A stretch of DNA of 63,576 bases, counting the filler, from Phoronis australis (lineage: Eukaryota > Animalia > Phoronida), in assembly GCA_002633005.1 (NCBI GenBank). It is 7 parts of 7 records of this genome, joined end to end, with 100 filler letters (N's around TTAATTAATTAA, not from the genome) between each part and the next. Parts side by side here need not be neighbours in the genome. Positions count along the whole stretch, not along the records: positions 32,105 to 41,355 come from NMRA01000071.1; positions 41,456 to 52,265 come from NMRA01001409.1; 5 more parts are not named here. The stretch is one strand, 5' to 3'. The notes under the pieces are model-generated. The model did not search any database, was not told the origin of the DNA, and saw only the letters and a program-made list of their open reading frames with translations. A program made the position numbers and the translations under genes. The first letter of the stretch is position 1; each line of letters opens with the position of its first letter. Shown piece after piece: positions 37,432 through 50,409 of this stretch.

Positions 37432-37905
37432 TTTGCCGTAACATATCTGGGTTCTGCATCATCTGGTCACAAATAAAACAAATAAGAACGTGACGCCTCA
37501 CAAAGAATGGAAAAATATTGTTAGTTACTGGCTTAGCCACAAGGAGGCACAGCAAGGCCATTGCCCAACTGCTCATTGCAAAAACATCCTCCCCTCTCCT
37601 AGTCAAAACATTTGACCTCCTCTGTTTACTTGAGTGCCACAAGATTTCAACTTCTGTACCCCACCCCCACCCTTGGGTGCCAACTATGTCACTTTGGCCC
37701 CATCTGTTGAATACTTGTGCCTAAGCCAGTACAGACACTTGTGCCTAAGCCAGTACAGACAGCACATCATTTCACAGCTCCATTTAAAGCAATAGTTCAA
37801 GGAACTCAATGTATAATCAGATAGAACATCATTTATCAACACTGCAGAAGCCAGTAATTCTGTCAGAACAGTCCATCTCGACACTCTGTAAATTAGAACT
37901 ATTAG
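37432..37905. repeat. Near-identical duplicate of 36954-37430 across a single n (probable uncollapsed allelic overlap)
   Basis: Direct repeat of ~475 bp with scattered SNPs and small indels, separated by one N. Confidence 0.85.
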
Positions 37906-37951
37906 GAGGCAAGTGTGAAGGTGTAGCTTATGTCTACAACACAACAAAAAA

Positions 37952-38143
37952 TCAGTGTTGACCCACCTCTGAACGCAGTAACCTCAAGCCTGCAGGCTTC
38001 ATTACCAGTCAGTATCGACTCAACTGTGAACACAGTAACCTCAAGCCTATAGGCTTGATGACCAGACTGTGTTGACTCACCTCTGAACACAGTAACCTCA
38101 AGCCTGCAGGCTTCATGACCAGTCAGTGTTGACTCACCTCTGA
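37952..38143. repeat. 57-bp minisatellite containing the ubiquilin splice donor
   Basis: On the minus strand, TCAGAG|GTGAGTCAACAC recurs at donor positions 38137, 38080, 38023 (GT mutated to TT) and 37966 (GTGGGT). Confidence 0.85.
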
Positions 38144-38311
38144 CTGCATCCTCTGCTGCATCTCCATGAAGTTGGCTGAGCCCATGCCAAGGTTTTGCAT
38201 GCCAGGAAGACCCCCAACACTGCTCAAGCCAAAGGGGCTCTGCTGAATGTTGGGGGCAGGGGTTGTGCCAGTGGATGCTGAAGGTGTAGTGGATGACTGT
38301 GAGGTCGCCTG
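38138..38311 (-). CDS. UBQLN1: Ubiquilin exon (linker after UBL domain)
   Basis: QATSQSSTTPSASTGTTPAPNIQQSPFGLSSVGGLPGMQNLGMGSANFMEMQQRMQSE; CAGCAG (NAGNAG) acceptor and GTGAGT donor. Confidence 0.9.
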
Positions 38312-38581
38312 CTGAATTTAGAGAAGAGAATACTGAACACACGGGCGACAGAAACACAACACAAATGAACACACTGTCCAGTGTAGGAAAACTACAAAAA
38401 CTCAAATTCCAATAAAAGACAGGTATATAAAACAAAGGCACAATCTACAGAGAGTTAGAGGTCCGAATCTCAATCAAAAACATTTTGAAGACTTGATTAG
38501 TTATTCTACTACCAGTGTAAATAGAAAAACCATTCCAGGTGAAAGGCACTAGTAGATGACCAGCTGATCAGAGTGGCTTAC

Positions 38582-38734
38582 CACATTAGCAGACTTGATC
38601 ACCAAGTGAACAGTCAAGCCATCTTTTATGGAATGCTGGCTTAGGGTGTCCACATCTTTTAAAATTTTTCCAGCGAAGATCAAACACAGCTGAGGCTTGG
38701 CCACTGAGAACTTGACAGCAACCTTGTCTTTGAA
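38582..38734 (-). CDS. UBQLN1: Ubiquilin exon, ubiquitin-like (UBL) domain
   Basis: [51 protein letters not shown] resembles ubiquilin [33 protein letters not shown]. Confidence 0.95.
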
Positions 38735-38930
38735 CTGAAGAGAAGGAAGTATATCAGAGAGGTGGACTGGACACAACAATAGAAAAATATAGATAGACAG
38801 GTAAACTGAGCACTTAATTCATAAAAGTAGAAATTATACATAGAGAGGTGAACTGAGCACTTAATTCACAACAAATTTGCAAGATTTATAAAACCAATCC
38901 ATAATCTGTCATCTCTAATCGCACAGTCCA

Positions 38931-40085
38931 AAACAAGAGCAATGCAGAGCCTTGAAATACACCCCCAATTGCACCGCATAAGGTGTGCTTCTAGGGTTGT
39001 TTATTTGTGCCATAAGAATAGCCACTAGATGGCGCAAAAAAGTCCAATACACTTGAATAGGGAACATGCCATCGCTTCTTTAATAAAAAGCTATTTACCA
39101 AATTTCATAAAAATCTGTCAAGGAACTTCAGAGAAACAAACGAAAATGGAAAAAATGAAATTGCCACTATGGGGCACAGCGTTCATTGGATCTGCCTGAA
39201 AGACGTCGTCTTTTGTTGTTAGCTTCATACAAATACAATTACAAAATTTAATAAAGATCCTGCAGTGTGTTAAGGAGAGGCAGCTATGAGCACAAAACAA
39301 AACAAAACTACCACTAGGATGCACCACAGTAGTCAAATTCGTTATCGTTAACCGTCTTCTTCAATTTGAGAATATACACGCCGACTTTCAAAATCACCCT
39401 TAGAATGGTTTGGTTGATCGAAAACAGGAAAAATGGCCACTAGGGTTAGAATAGCATCATCTCACCAACAGTTGCCTATATTACAAATTTTCTAAGTCCA
39501 TCTAAAAGTTGTTGTCATCCGTTGTCAACATCATATAAATACACTTGCTAAATTTAGTAAAGATCCTGCCAACGGTTTAGGAGTTACAGCCATGGGCACA
39601 AAAAACAACTGCCACTAGGAAGCGCAACAGTATTCGAAATCGCCAGAAAATCATCGTTAGCCGTCCTCTTCATACTAAGAACATACACGCCAACTTTCAC
39701 AATCATCCTGAGAACAGTTTGGTTGGTATAGGAGTGGGCGCCAAAAACAGCAAAAATGGCCACTTGGTTGCACAAACTATAACGAATCCATCAGAAAATG
39801 GGAGGATAGCATCATCTCACTAATAGATGCCTATATGCCAAATTTTATGAAAATACATTGAGGACCTTGGAAGATATAGAAAAGTAAAAAGTAAAATTGC
39901 CACTAGGAGGCACAACGGTAGTCGGATCCATCCGAAAGTTCGCTCAAGCTGTCCCATCCGTGAAGCGAACATATGTGCAAAATTTCAGGAACGTAGTTCA
40001 AAGAGTTTTGGATATAGCCGGACGGACGGACACCGGACAGAGATGACGGCATAATGCGTCCACATATAAATATATGGGTGCATAA
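38931..40085 (-). mobile_element. Full-length HINE/DINE-1-like element (diverged copy)
   Basis: AAACAAGAGCAATGCAGAGCCTTGAAAT end, central repeats, (GGAC)n and ATGCGTCCACATAT..GGTGCAT hairpin. Confidence 0.78.
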
Positions 40086-40200
40086 CAATCATGAAATTGA
40101 TTTAGACACCAACAACAAACTTTCTCCTTGGATCAGAGAATCTCTCTGCAGACATCCGAAAAAAAAATGTTGACCAATGCAGGGCTCGACATAACGAGCG

Positions 40201-40440
40201 GCAAGTTTTGTAGGACAGCTATCACCAAACCAAATGTAGGACAGCTATCACCAAACCAAGTTTTGTAGGACAGCTACGATCAAACCAAGTTTTGTAGGAC
40301 AGCTATCACCAAACCAAGTTTTGTAGGACAGCTATCACTAAACCAATTTTTGTTGGACAGCTATCATCAAACCAAGTTTTGTAGGACAGCTATCATCAAA
40401 CCAAGTCTTGTAGGACACCTATCATCAAACCAAGTTTTGT
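40201..40440. repeat. ~29-bp minisatellite TTTTGTAGGACAGCTATCACCAAACCAAG
   Basis: About eight copies, plus an isolated copy near 40657. Confidence 0.85.
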
Positions 40441-41355
40441 ATGTCACTATGTGGTCCCTCGTGCCATTTTATTTTAGATCTATCCACATGTATTCAACAG
40501 TCTGTAGCACACCCTTGAGAAAGAGCGCATCGCTCGATACGCGGGGATATTTTTAATATATTTTAGTACCAACGCTCGTCATTTTAGTTTTACTATTTTA
40601 TATTTTCATTCGTCAGTAACTGCACGGTATTGCAACATCTATTTGACTTTAAGTATTGTAGGACAGCTATCACCAAACCGAGTTTTGTGTTTGATATGGA
40701 CAGCTGAAGTGAAACACCCGTGGAATTTCTAGTCCCGAATGTCATACCTTGTAGTATTATATAGTGTACAGGGCTCGACACTATTAAAATCGCCAGGTCG
40801 CATTTTGCGACCTAGCCAAAATCTCAGGTCGCATTTTCAAAATCCAGCTCGCATTCGTAAATGCCAGGTCGCAAAATTTTCCCGCCATTTTTACGCGCCA
40901 AAATAGATTTTTTAGATCATTGAGAAAATGTTTAGATTATGGTCTTACCTGCAGCGTTAAATACTCACAAATTTTGGATCTCAAAAATTGACTTCATTCA
41001 TGCAGGTACGGCCTTACTAGTCTTCACGACCGCCATTGAAAGACTCTAGAGCGCAAGGCAAGTTGCCGACGTGAAAGTTGAATCAGTGCTCTGTGCATTC
41101 AAATAGCTAAATTTGCGATGTGAAAAGGGAGAAAATACCCGTTGAAAAAGTATCCGGGATTTTGTTAGATCTGGCCTGCTACTGGCTGTCATCAAAGTCG
41201 TTAACGATTCAAACTAACTCTGGTAATGGCGAGTTTGCTCCTCATACCTTCCAAGTACCGGAAAAATAGGTCAGTCACAAAACGACACGAATGTCACAAG
41301 TGTTAACTTTCTTTCCGAGGTATAAAACAAAGCCGGGATTTGGTTTTTACATATT

Positions 41356-41455
41356 NNNNNNNNNNNNNNNNNNNNNNNNNNNNNNNNNNNNNNNNNNNNT
41401 TAATTAATTAANNNNNNNNNNNNNNNNNNNNNNNNNNNNNNNNNNNNNNNNNNNN
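41356..41455. other. Artificial contig linker
   Basis: 44N-TTAATTAATTAA-44N. Confidence 0.95.
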
Positions 41456-43268
41456 TCAGGACAAGTTCCTGAACTGATGAGCCGGAAATGTGGGTACGGA
41501 AATAACCGATGACAACCGGTAATCATACGCTAAGAGAAAAGGGTCAAATACGGTTGAAAAATCGCTTTTGGCAAGAAAGGCGAAAACAATGTAAAGAAAG
41601 GGTGTCGAAAATAAGATTTTATGTAGTAAGTATTTTCGGATACTAGAACCACATGGGCAGTTTGCAACAAGGACTTTAAATATGTGTGTTTTTAAAATTA
41701 GGTGTTGGTTTGTACTGAAAAAGACTAATTAAACCTCATTGAAATATGCAAAACATATTTTTGTGCTGTTTTGTTAAACCAACTTAGTTGAGGAGATCAT
41801 TAAATAACGCGTTCTTTTTACTGTATGTAATTGTATCTCACTCGTAAGAATTCTATTTGTCGATACTTATTTCGCATTCAGCAAACACGTAGCGTTACTG
41901 TCCTTCATGCTGTTCTACGTCATACGATTTGTTACCAACAAGGTCATTCAATATCTCGCTACTAGATAGTCATTTGAATGAAATAAGGATCCCAAAATGA
42001 TTGTTTTGCCAAAATGCGATTTCCCGGGAGCAACAGTCCTAGCTGTGCCATTGATATCGGTGCCACTGTATGTCATATTTACTAAATCATACCTGTACCT
42101 TGTCCTTGATCTCGCCAAGGTGTACATGTATTTTGACATTGATCATAATAGTATCGAAACTAACTGAAGTGCGTTGTGAAACTAATGACTCAGATAACTG
42201 TAATCAATGAAGCCTCATTTTGATTGATCGTTTTGGTGACTCATGGTTCGCAGAGCGCTGGCATAGACTGGAGATTTTGGTCTAGAAAAGTCCTTAAATT
42301 TTTGCTTTTAACCCTGGAAATATTTGCATGGCTCTAGTTTTGAGAAGGTGTACACCGTTTTGAGTTCTGATTGCTGTAAATACAAAAAAAACAAAGAAAA
42401 TTAAGATGAAGAACGCGAGTCTAACACAAATACCAGGCGTAACCCAGATGGATGTTGCTTTCCTATCTTTCTGGGTTAAATGTTTCTGATTATCAATCAG
42501 TATTTTATGGTTAACTAACATAACGCCAGACTGATTCTAATCCTGAACACTGTCTTACAGGAGATCTAGAAATTACGCGTCTCGATAATTCGACATGATT
42601 TTTATTTTCCAAATGAACAAGTACCTTATACACCACGGACGAACGTTCCCGTACTAAACGGATTTTTTACATATTGTTGTGTCATCTGAATACTCCCGCA
42701 TTTTACAAGCAACAGGATTTCCTTATTGCCATACGTGCCATCGTCAACAAAACTGTACTTGAGTAACCCACCTTTGAAAAAATACGTACACAGGCCGTAC
42801 ATGCTCGCCAATATTTCCAAAAGTACCCCCTCGCGTACTTGTGGGGTGCTGTAAGGTTGTCTGTCGGTTGTGACTCGAGATGTTCTGTTTTTGCATAGTG
42901 GACTGTAAAGCCTACACTGATAATGTATTATTACGGCGTGTTCGTTGCCAAGTGTTTTAACATGCCTCTGCTCCGTGATTGCAGGCACTTGCGGCCTCAG
43001 GGACTAGTTTAAAAATAGCGACCAGTTTGAAAAATAGCTACTAGTTGGGAAAAAAGCGCCGTCATCATTTACATTTCCTTCGTAGGCCAACAGTGTCACG
43101 AGAAAGATGGAGAGGGGGGAGGAGGGGATGAGGCAGGGAGGAGGGCAGGTCGGAAGGGGAGGGGGAGGCTAGATGTGTTGTAGATTATTGCTCAATATAG
43201 CATGGAGTAAGTCAGAGTTAAAGGCTGGTCATAAAATATTTCAGACGGACTACCTGAAACTGGTAACT

Positions 43269-43420
43269 CAGTGGCGGATTTAGAGGGGGAGGGCATGCTC
43301 CCCCCTAAAATTGTACCAGATTCCATTTGGCAGTTAGGGGGTGCGAAAGTCTGACGGGCAAAACCCTGGCGAATACTCTGCCTAGACCTCCCCTAACTCA
43401 AAATCCTGGATGCGCCCCTG
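43269..43420. mobile_element. Small hAT-like MITE with 5-bp TSD
   Basis: CAGTGGCGGATT...GGATGCGCCCCTG imperfect TIRs; TAACT on both flanks. Confidence 0.65.
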
Positions 43421-43974
43421 TAACTGTACGCTTATCTATGGCACTTGTATGCTATTGTGACTGCTTTATGATTATTTATTCGAAGCGGCTACAAACCGGC
43501 CAGCCTTCCGTCACATTGCTTTTCATTTAGACTACTTACTATTATTAAACTGGCCTCTCCTGGTCAAACTGGATGCGAAATAACTCTGGACGCAGTTGAG
43601 TGAACCGTTGTTCTTCGTCAACAACGAAGTCGTTTCATTCAAAATGTTTCCACTCTCCTTATATGATTCGTGGGGGGGACAAGTCTCATTTATTTTTAAC
43701 TCGGCCTCAGCGCTGGAGCGCTGTGAAATGTCATCTAAATAATTTGCGCTCAGTACACGAATACTTTGCAAATAATAAGTTGTTAGTATTATCTTCCGTT
43801 ACTGATTTGTTATCACTTTGAAGTGCGCTTACAGAGCATGTGACTTACATTCTATTGTTCCTGGAAAAACGATTTCTTGGAAAACATTAAACTAGACAGA
43901 AGCGTTTTATCAATCAATATTGTCTAATTTTTGGTTTTAAGCTCACTGACGAGCACTAGCTGAAATGTGCTGAG

Positions 43975-44002
43975 ATGGCGACAACAGCTGGAGAGCCTTA
44001 TG
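43975..44002 (+). CDS. Putative first coding exon (MATTAGEPY) of an uncharacterised gene
   Basis: GAGATGG start context, GTGAGT donor; phase 1 joins exon 45760 in frame. Confidence 0.55.
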
Positions 44003-44239
44003 GTGAGTACTGCATTCAGTCTTGGTTGAATAGATAAAAAATTTTGGTAGACTTATGCAAACTCATTTTGTGAACGTCAGCTGAATACCGTGATTTCGTT
44101 GTAGTCATGTATGCCATATACCTTCTAATGTTTTTATACCTACATTTACGTAATTCCTCTTTAATTGGGTTACTGTAGTTGTTAATAAACACAAACAGAT
44201 GTAGCGAGCGATGTATTGAGCAAAACGACGTGTCGTGTT

Positions 44240-45075
44240 AATCATTTTGCCGTCTTCCCCACCATCACCATCGTCATTATGATCTACCATAATCGTCTTC
44301 ATCGTCATCCTTCATCATCATCCGTCGTCGCCTTTATCTTTCATTCGCGCGGCGTTATCATTTTCAGTCATCAAATTCATCAGTTATCATTATCGCCATT
44401 CATCACCATATCACCACCACCACCACCATTATCAACATTATCAACATGCGTCATAATCGTCATCCACCATTGACAGGAATTCCTGAATCATCGTCAATCA
44501 CTCCTGTCTTTTTTGTCATAATCGTCAGCTTACATCAGTCTTTGTCATCGGTGTCGTTATCATCCATCTTCATAATCTTTATATTCTGTCCATTATCATT
44601 CCGTCATCATGACTTCATCTTCCGTCATCATGACTTCATCTTCCGTCATCATGACTTCATCTTCCGTCATCATCATCTGTCGTCATCATCAATCATCTTC
44701 ACTTGTTATTATCATCCATCAGCACCATCTATCATCTTTGTCTTTGTTGTCACAATCATCAGTCTTTGTCACCAATGCTTTTGCTATCCCTGTAACGAAA
44801 GTTATCATCATCGTCTTCCACCTGCATCATCATCTGTCGGCATCATTATTATCACCACCTTAGTCATCATCCGTCATCATCATGGGTCATCGGTATCCAT
44901 CGTTGTCATCCATCGTGTTCATTCATCTACGTCGTCAATCGTCGTCATAAGTCGTTGTCATCCGTCATCAGCATTTCTATATTATGTAAATTATCTGTCA
45001 CCGTCTGTCGCCAATCTTCATCTTTCGTCACCATGAACCACCTTCAGTTACCGTCATCAGCACCATCATCATTCA
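44240..45075. repeat. Degenerate (CAT/CGT/CTT)n low-complexity microsatellite
   Basis: TCA/TCG/TCT triplet-rich tract; explains the His/Ile/Ser-rich spurious ORFs. Confidence 0.85.
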
Positions 45076-45759
45076 AGCTGTCTCCAAAACCGCCCATGCT
45101 GCTGTTGCTGCTGTCCATGTCAGTGCCAATGCTCCGTTTAAGTTTTAGTTTAGTGAACACTGTTAGTATAGATTTTGGCATTTGTCCATTAACTGCTGCA
45201 TGTGCTTGTATTGAGACCCACACTTCTTCATGGAAAACGTATGTATGAAATTGAGGAACATGTAAAACTCCATGTGATGGCTTGACAATTGGATAGGTTT
45301 TGACAATTTCTCATGCAAATGAAAATTACTGCGCGTGGACACAGTTTAGATCTAACACAATTTAACTTGGACATGTATTACATGTACAAGGGATTGGCAA
45401 ATGTCTGCATGCGTTTATTAGAGAAGCTTAGGCACACGAGCCTGTATGAGAAACACCTGAGCCATCTAAAAGTATTACTTCTGATGTAGACGTATGATTG
45501 TCAGTACACTAAAATACAACAATGCTTTTGAAACAATGGTAAATTCTCAAGTTAGTGGTGGAAACGCCTACTCATGGGCATGCATTCAATGTTAAAACCA
45601 TGAGCGGAACTTAGGTGCAGAAAGTCTACTGTTTGTGTTTTTAAAACAATTACCAAATACGTCAATGGATGTAGGTAAGGCTTTCCGCTGTCTGTTAACA
45701 TTTTGCCAGTTGTTTATTTTTCCAAAGAGACCAATGGGGTGCTGCTATGTTTTTGTCAG

Positions 45760-46177
45760 GTTTTCCCTTGAAACTGAGTTTAAACACTCATAAAAAGGGA
45801 GAAGATCCTGAAGTGGAAGAAAACCCTGAAGTTCTTGAACGGTTCTTGAGGCTCCTTCAAAAGAACCACGAACTAATCGACAAATTTCTCCTCGAAAACT
45901 ACGACACTATCACTTTGCAAAAATGTGAAGTATTAAAAACAGACGAAGATGGGACGTTTGTTAAATGTCACCTCAAGACATCTGCACTGGAAGGATTAAA
46001 ACGGCTCAGCAAGGACGCCCATGACGGGAAGCTATCATCTATTCTTACAACTTGGTTTGGGGCTCAAGGTTTAAACAATGTCCTTGGATCAAGAGCAGCA
46101 TCAATGGACCTTTCCATTGTATCAGAAATTTCAAAAAATGTGGTAACAAAAGCCACCACACATTTTAAATTAAAAAG
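45760..46177 (+). CDS. Uncharacterised protein exon, TRADD-N-like domain
   Basis: Within the 149-aa ORF; ..GTFVKCHLKTSALEGLKRLSKDAHDGKLSSILTTWF resembles the TRADD-N-like domain of invertebrate immune-related proteins; AG|GCAAGT donor. Confidence 0.65.
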
Positions 46178-46886
46178 GCAAGTACAATGTTTTTGAAATA
46201 CAGAATGTCACTTGGTGATTTCTTGAACTAGAGTGAAATGTTAAAAGCAAATATTTATACAAAAATGATATCATTTCAGTAAACCCTGACTGACTACGTT
46301 TTCCAATTAGATATTGATTTACCATTGGCTAGGAACTATTTGCCTGCTGAAACTGTTATGGTGTGCATTTACAAAAAAAAACAGTAGAATGGAAATTGTC
46401 TGTTTTTATTTGTATTCAGGTTGTTATCAATTCATCATTAATTTTTTTTGTAATTTTGGAAACTTTTAGACAATGCCCTAGATTACATGCAGTGCTAAGC
46501 TGTCACGTGCTGATACTGAAATTGTTTTGGTAATAATTTTGTTAGAGTTCCTCAAAAAATCAGATCCCTCATTTTGTAGTTTGATTTGCTAACGCTTTTT
46601 TGCTGATTTGGTATCCTAGAAGAGGTTCCCATTCCCTTTCCTAAAATAGTTACATTAAAACTGTCCTTTTCTTATAATTCTTTCAGCTGTCAACCTCGGA
46701 ATGTATGATCCTCCTAATAAATTAACATGAAATTCGAGGTCGCGTGACCTGTCTCTTGCACAATAGGGTTAGTACACCGAACAGAACTGTAGTTACCAGG
46801 TAGGTAGACAAAGTAATTTGCAAAAAAAGTGACAATAATGTAGTTGAACTGGATTGGTAACTGCTTTTACAATGTGAATTTTGCAG

Positions 46887-46992
46887 ACCTGAAGAAGCCA
46901 GCTTACCAAGACCTGGTATTGGCTCGGCAAACAATTCCTCAACAAAGCCACAGAAAACGACAGAACCCGAGACTTCTAAGAAAAATGCACAG
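46887..46992 (+). CDS. Low-complexity S/T/P/Q exon of the same gene
   Basis: TTTTGCAG/GTAG; (R)PEEASLPRPGIGSANNSSTKPQKTTEPETSKKNAQ; phase 2-0. Confidence 0.6.
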
Positions 46993-47599
46993 GTAGATGC
47001 GTAGTCCGTAAGACAACTTCTGTTAGTAACTTTAGCCTGCTCACTCTATGCCAAACCTAAAATGTGGAGTATAATTTGCACAGGCCTGTGGCGGAGGCGA
47101 CCGAAACCAATTGATGTCAGAGCCCTACATTTAGGTTTTAGCGACTTGACTGAAATCTCAGGTCGCCAAACGGAATGAGAGGTTGCCAAAACTAACGTCG
47201 AACGCCGACGATTGCCCACAGTGGAGGTCTGTATTTCACCGATTTTTGCCGACCAATTCCCACTTCTATGTGATTATTTCCTGTTGTAATATAACCGCGT
47301 GATTTATGTGTACTGACTGCTGTGGTCGCAAATGCAGTCATTTCACGAAATGAACAATTGTGCACCAAAGTTGTTAAATCTTGGGAAACTTTGAGCAAAA
47401 TTAAAGTTGGAACTGACCACGAACGTTTGAACGAATTTTGGTGTAATTACCGTCTGACTTTAACACTCGCTGTGATGACTTCATGGCGACATGGGACTTT
47501 TCCTAGGTCGCCAAGCACAATATGAGGTGCATTTGCAACCTGCAGATCGCCAGATCTAGCACCCAGTCTTCTAAATCATCCGCTCCAATTATATTTTAG

Positions 47600-47671
47600 G
47601 AAACAAAAATTGCTCAAGCTGGAAAGTCCACCCAGCCTGGATCTGCTCAGCCCAGTGGAGACAAAACACAA
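47600..47671 (+). CDS. Low-complexity exon of the same gene
   Basis: TTTTAG/GTAAT; ETKIAQAGKSTQPGSAQPSGDKTQ; 72 nt, phase 0-0. Confidence 0.55.
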
Positions 47672-48028
47672 GTAATTTAAAATTCATTTGACTCGATTCT
47701 GCCAATTGACATGCAGTCGTCATGTGCCAATCGAAGTGGCGTCAGCAACGGAAGTGTGGTCACGTGATGTAGACGCATGACTACGAGCCATTTTCCCCAT
47801 GTACAACACACATTTTTGTGCCATTAATTACAAGTGAGAAAATTGTTACTCACCTATACTTCCTCAAATTACCCATAGTCTATTTAAATGGCTTGCATGT
47901 GGGCCCTTATTTTGTTTGGAACTATTTTTTTTGTAAATGGTAGTAAAAACAAGGAATACAGTCTTTCTGGCAATATTGGCATTATTCTTGGTGTACATGA
48001 CCACGTGTGATTTATTCTCTACTTCCAG

Positions 48029-48127
48029 GGAACTGCTCACGCCAACGTGTCAAAGGTACAGCAAGGCACGCTCTCGGTGACGCAAGGTTCAAGTGCCACT
48101 GATCAGACAACCGCAAATTCCACACAG
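48029..48127 (+). CDS. Low-complexity exon of the same gene
   Basis: TTCCAG/GTAT; GTAHANVSKVQQGTLSVTQGSSATDQTTANSTQ; 99 nt, phase 0-0. Confidence 0.55.
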
Positions 48128-50304
48128 GTATACAAATGGACTGGCACTAAAAGACAGACTATGACACTTCTTGCTTTTTGTTCATGTCCCCCATCTACGT
48201 GATTTCCTGTGGTTGCGTAGGTGTAGTTCATAAGTATGCACATTCGGAATTACAACTGTCAGACCAAACGCGCGTTCATGAGCGAGGCCACCAGTCTTAC
48301 CTCTGTGGGAACACCATACCTTAGCATTGTCACGTGTGACTTTTAAATCAATATGGCTAGTTGAAAAGGTAGTTCCCTGCATTAACAACTACCACACCCA
48401 GTTTGATTACAACCACTGCCATTGGTGGTAGAGCAGTTTTGCTGCTTTCATGAAAAAAGAATCGACTCGTAATGAATCATTGTGTAACATTGCGATATGG
48501 ATTTGACCTTTCTTGTATCCGATTGCCGATTATTTACGCATCGGAATATCACTTTAAGTATGTGAAGTTATGAAAATGAATTTATTTATTATAGTGACAC
48601 GTGTTAAAGTGGTTTAAACTGACAATTAATATTTGAAAAATGCACCCAGCTCATTGAGTTCATAAATAAACATGGTCTGCATTTAAAAATGCGTCATGCA
48701 TAAAAAATAATGAGAAGGTAAGTATATACATTTTTTTCCAAATGCATCAATTAGATCAAGGTAAAGTTCGTTGACCACAAAAATACCAATGATTTATTTT
48801 CATATTTGTTAGTTATAACTGCCACCATCAAAAAAACTTTGAACACCTTGGTAAAGTATAGTACGTGTGTAAATGTTTAATTCTGTTTATAACGCGAATG
48901 GAGCCCTCCAGTCGTTTGAGAGGGACATCCTTTGAGCTCGAGAGACATTGCCGTTTGAGGAGGATACTCTAGGGACGAGCGATCAGCTAATTGCTTTCAC
49001 TAGAATCAGCAATGCGCTGGTTGGCTTTTTTGGGCACTCTGAACTGTTTCCAGGGAGAAATTGAAAAAAATTGAGAGGGATCTCTATCATACACTCAGAA
49101 TGTGAAGACGAATATACATCTTGGAACCCTGTGTGTTTGTGGTGAAATCGGCTTTCCACGGGCTCCAACAGTTGTTAAAATCATTGATAAATTCTAAGAA
49201 AGCGTCACGTCACTTTCGACCTCTTGAACATTACTGAAGTTGTTAAACCATTCAAGGCTTTGAGTGACGGATGTGACCCGGCAGGAAGTTGTCACGATTG
49301 AAGTTGATTAAAGTTGCCAAAATGTGTCGAGCACTTTTTTCGCTGGGGTATGGAAATTTTGTTATTTTTTTGTGAACTTACTTTTTCACAATTCGAAATC
49401 CTAAAACTTCATTTTAATGTTGAATTCTTAACCTAAGGGCTCAGGAGTTCAGTAGCATTACCACGTTGATCCCATCTTGAATGATTGCCGAATAAGCCAG
49501 CAACTCAACCTACAGGCGATGCACACGTACGCAATTTTTAATCCACAACTTTAATAAAATCCGAAATGTTTTCTTGATGCTCTTATTTGTAACGGAGTTA
49601 GAACCTTATCACGGTTAGGCATATCACTAGACCGTGAGAGCAAAGATTTTTGCTTCAGCCAGCTAAATGATGCAAAATGCATCTTTATACAGACTCAAAC
49701 ACCCGAAAGAATGAGTTGGTTTAGTACTTCAAACTTTCTCAATTGTAATCCCTGTTCCGGTTTGTCTGGAAACTAGGTCAAGCCTATTGTTATTCAAAAG
49801 ACTAAGAAAAATGGGTTTTCCTCATCATCTTGGCGTTGTTTTCACCCCTGTCTCAATAGTGATCATATGTCTATGGCTCGCGCCTTTTGGACGCCCAAAT
49901 TTTCGCATCTTGTTTTATCGAAGAACAATTTTGAGACCAATTTCATAACACTAAGTGAAAATTTATACTTATCATAGAAGACGATTTTATAGCTGTGAAA
50001 AGTGCGTCTTTAACTTGCTAGAGTAATAAAAACATTGAGTGTCTTGTATCTTCACCCACTAAATCGAAATGTGACAGTAAAAGAATCCATATTTGTGTTT
50101 ACGTAAACTTCGCTACACTTGAGGGAAATTCCGATATCTTGTGCCATAAAGTAGTGACGAAAAACAGTCAAAAAAGAAAAAAATAACCAGCGAAAGGTAT
50201 CCTCTGGGATTAACTGACAAGTGAATGCTAATATTTTGTTTAATTTTAGTAAATGACTACATGAGTAGGTATTGAAAACATTAGAATGCGTGATTCTTGT
50301 GTAG

Positions 50305-50409
50305 GGTTCCTCTGAGGACAGTGGACCTACATCTGGAGACCGGCAGCACGTGCAACCAAAATTGGGTGGTCCATGTTCACCCAACCAGCCAATGGTGGCA
50401 TCGAAACAG
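50305..50409 (+). CDS. Low-complexity exon of the same gene
   Basis: TAG/GTAAC; GSSEDSGPTSGDRQHVQPKLGGPCSPNQPMVASKQ; 105 nt, phase 0-0. Confidence 0.55.

Noticed and set aside
40940-41040. Possible first exon of ubiquilin (ATGGCG on minus strand)
   Set aside because: It reads MAVVKTSKAVPA* with no convincing ubiquilin N-terminus and lies within a CAGGGCTCGAC-terminated transposon-like segment.
42626-42988. 120-aa minus ORF, possible transposase zinc-finger relic
   Set aside because: No motif was clear enough to support a call without a database search.
44446-45036. 196-aa His/Ile/Ser-rich ORF
   Set aside because: It is the translation of a degenerate (CAT)n tract inside a predicted intron.
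46687-46799. Candidate exon with good CAG/GTAGGT boundaries
   Set aside because: It has a stop codon in the required phase-2 frame; a pseudo-exon at best.
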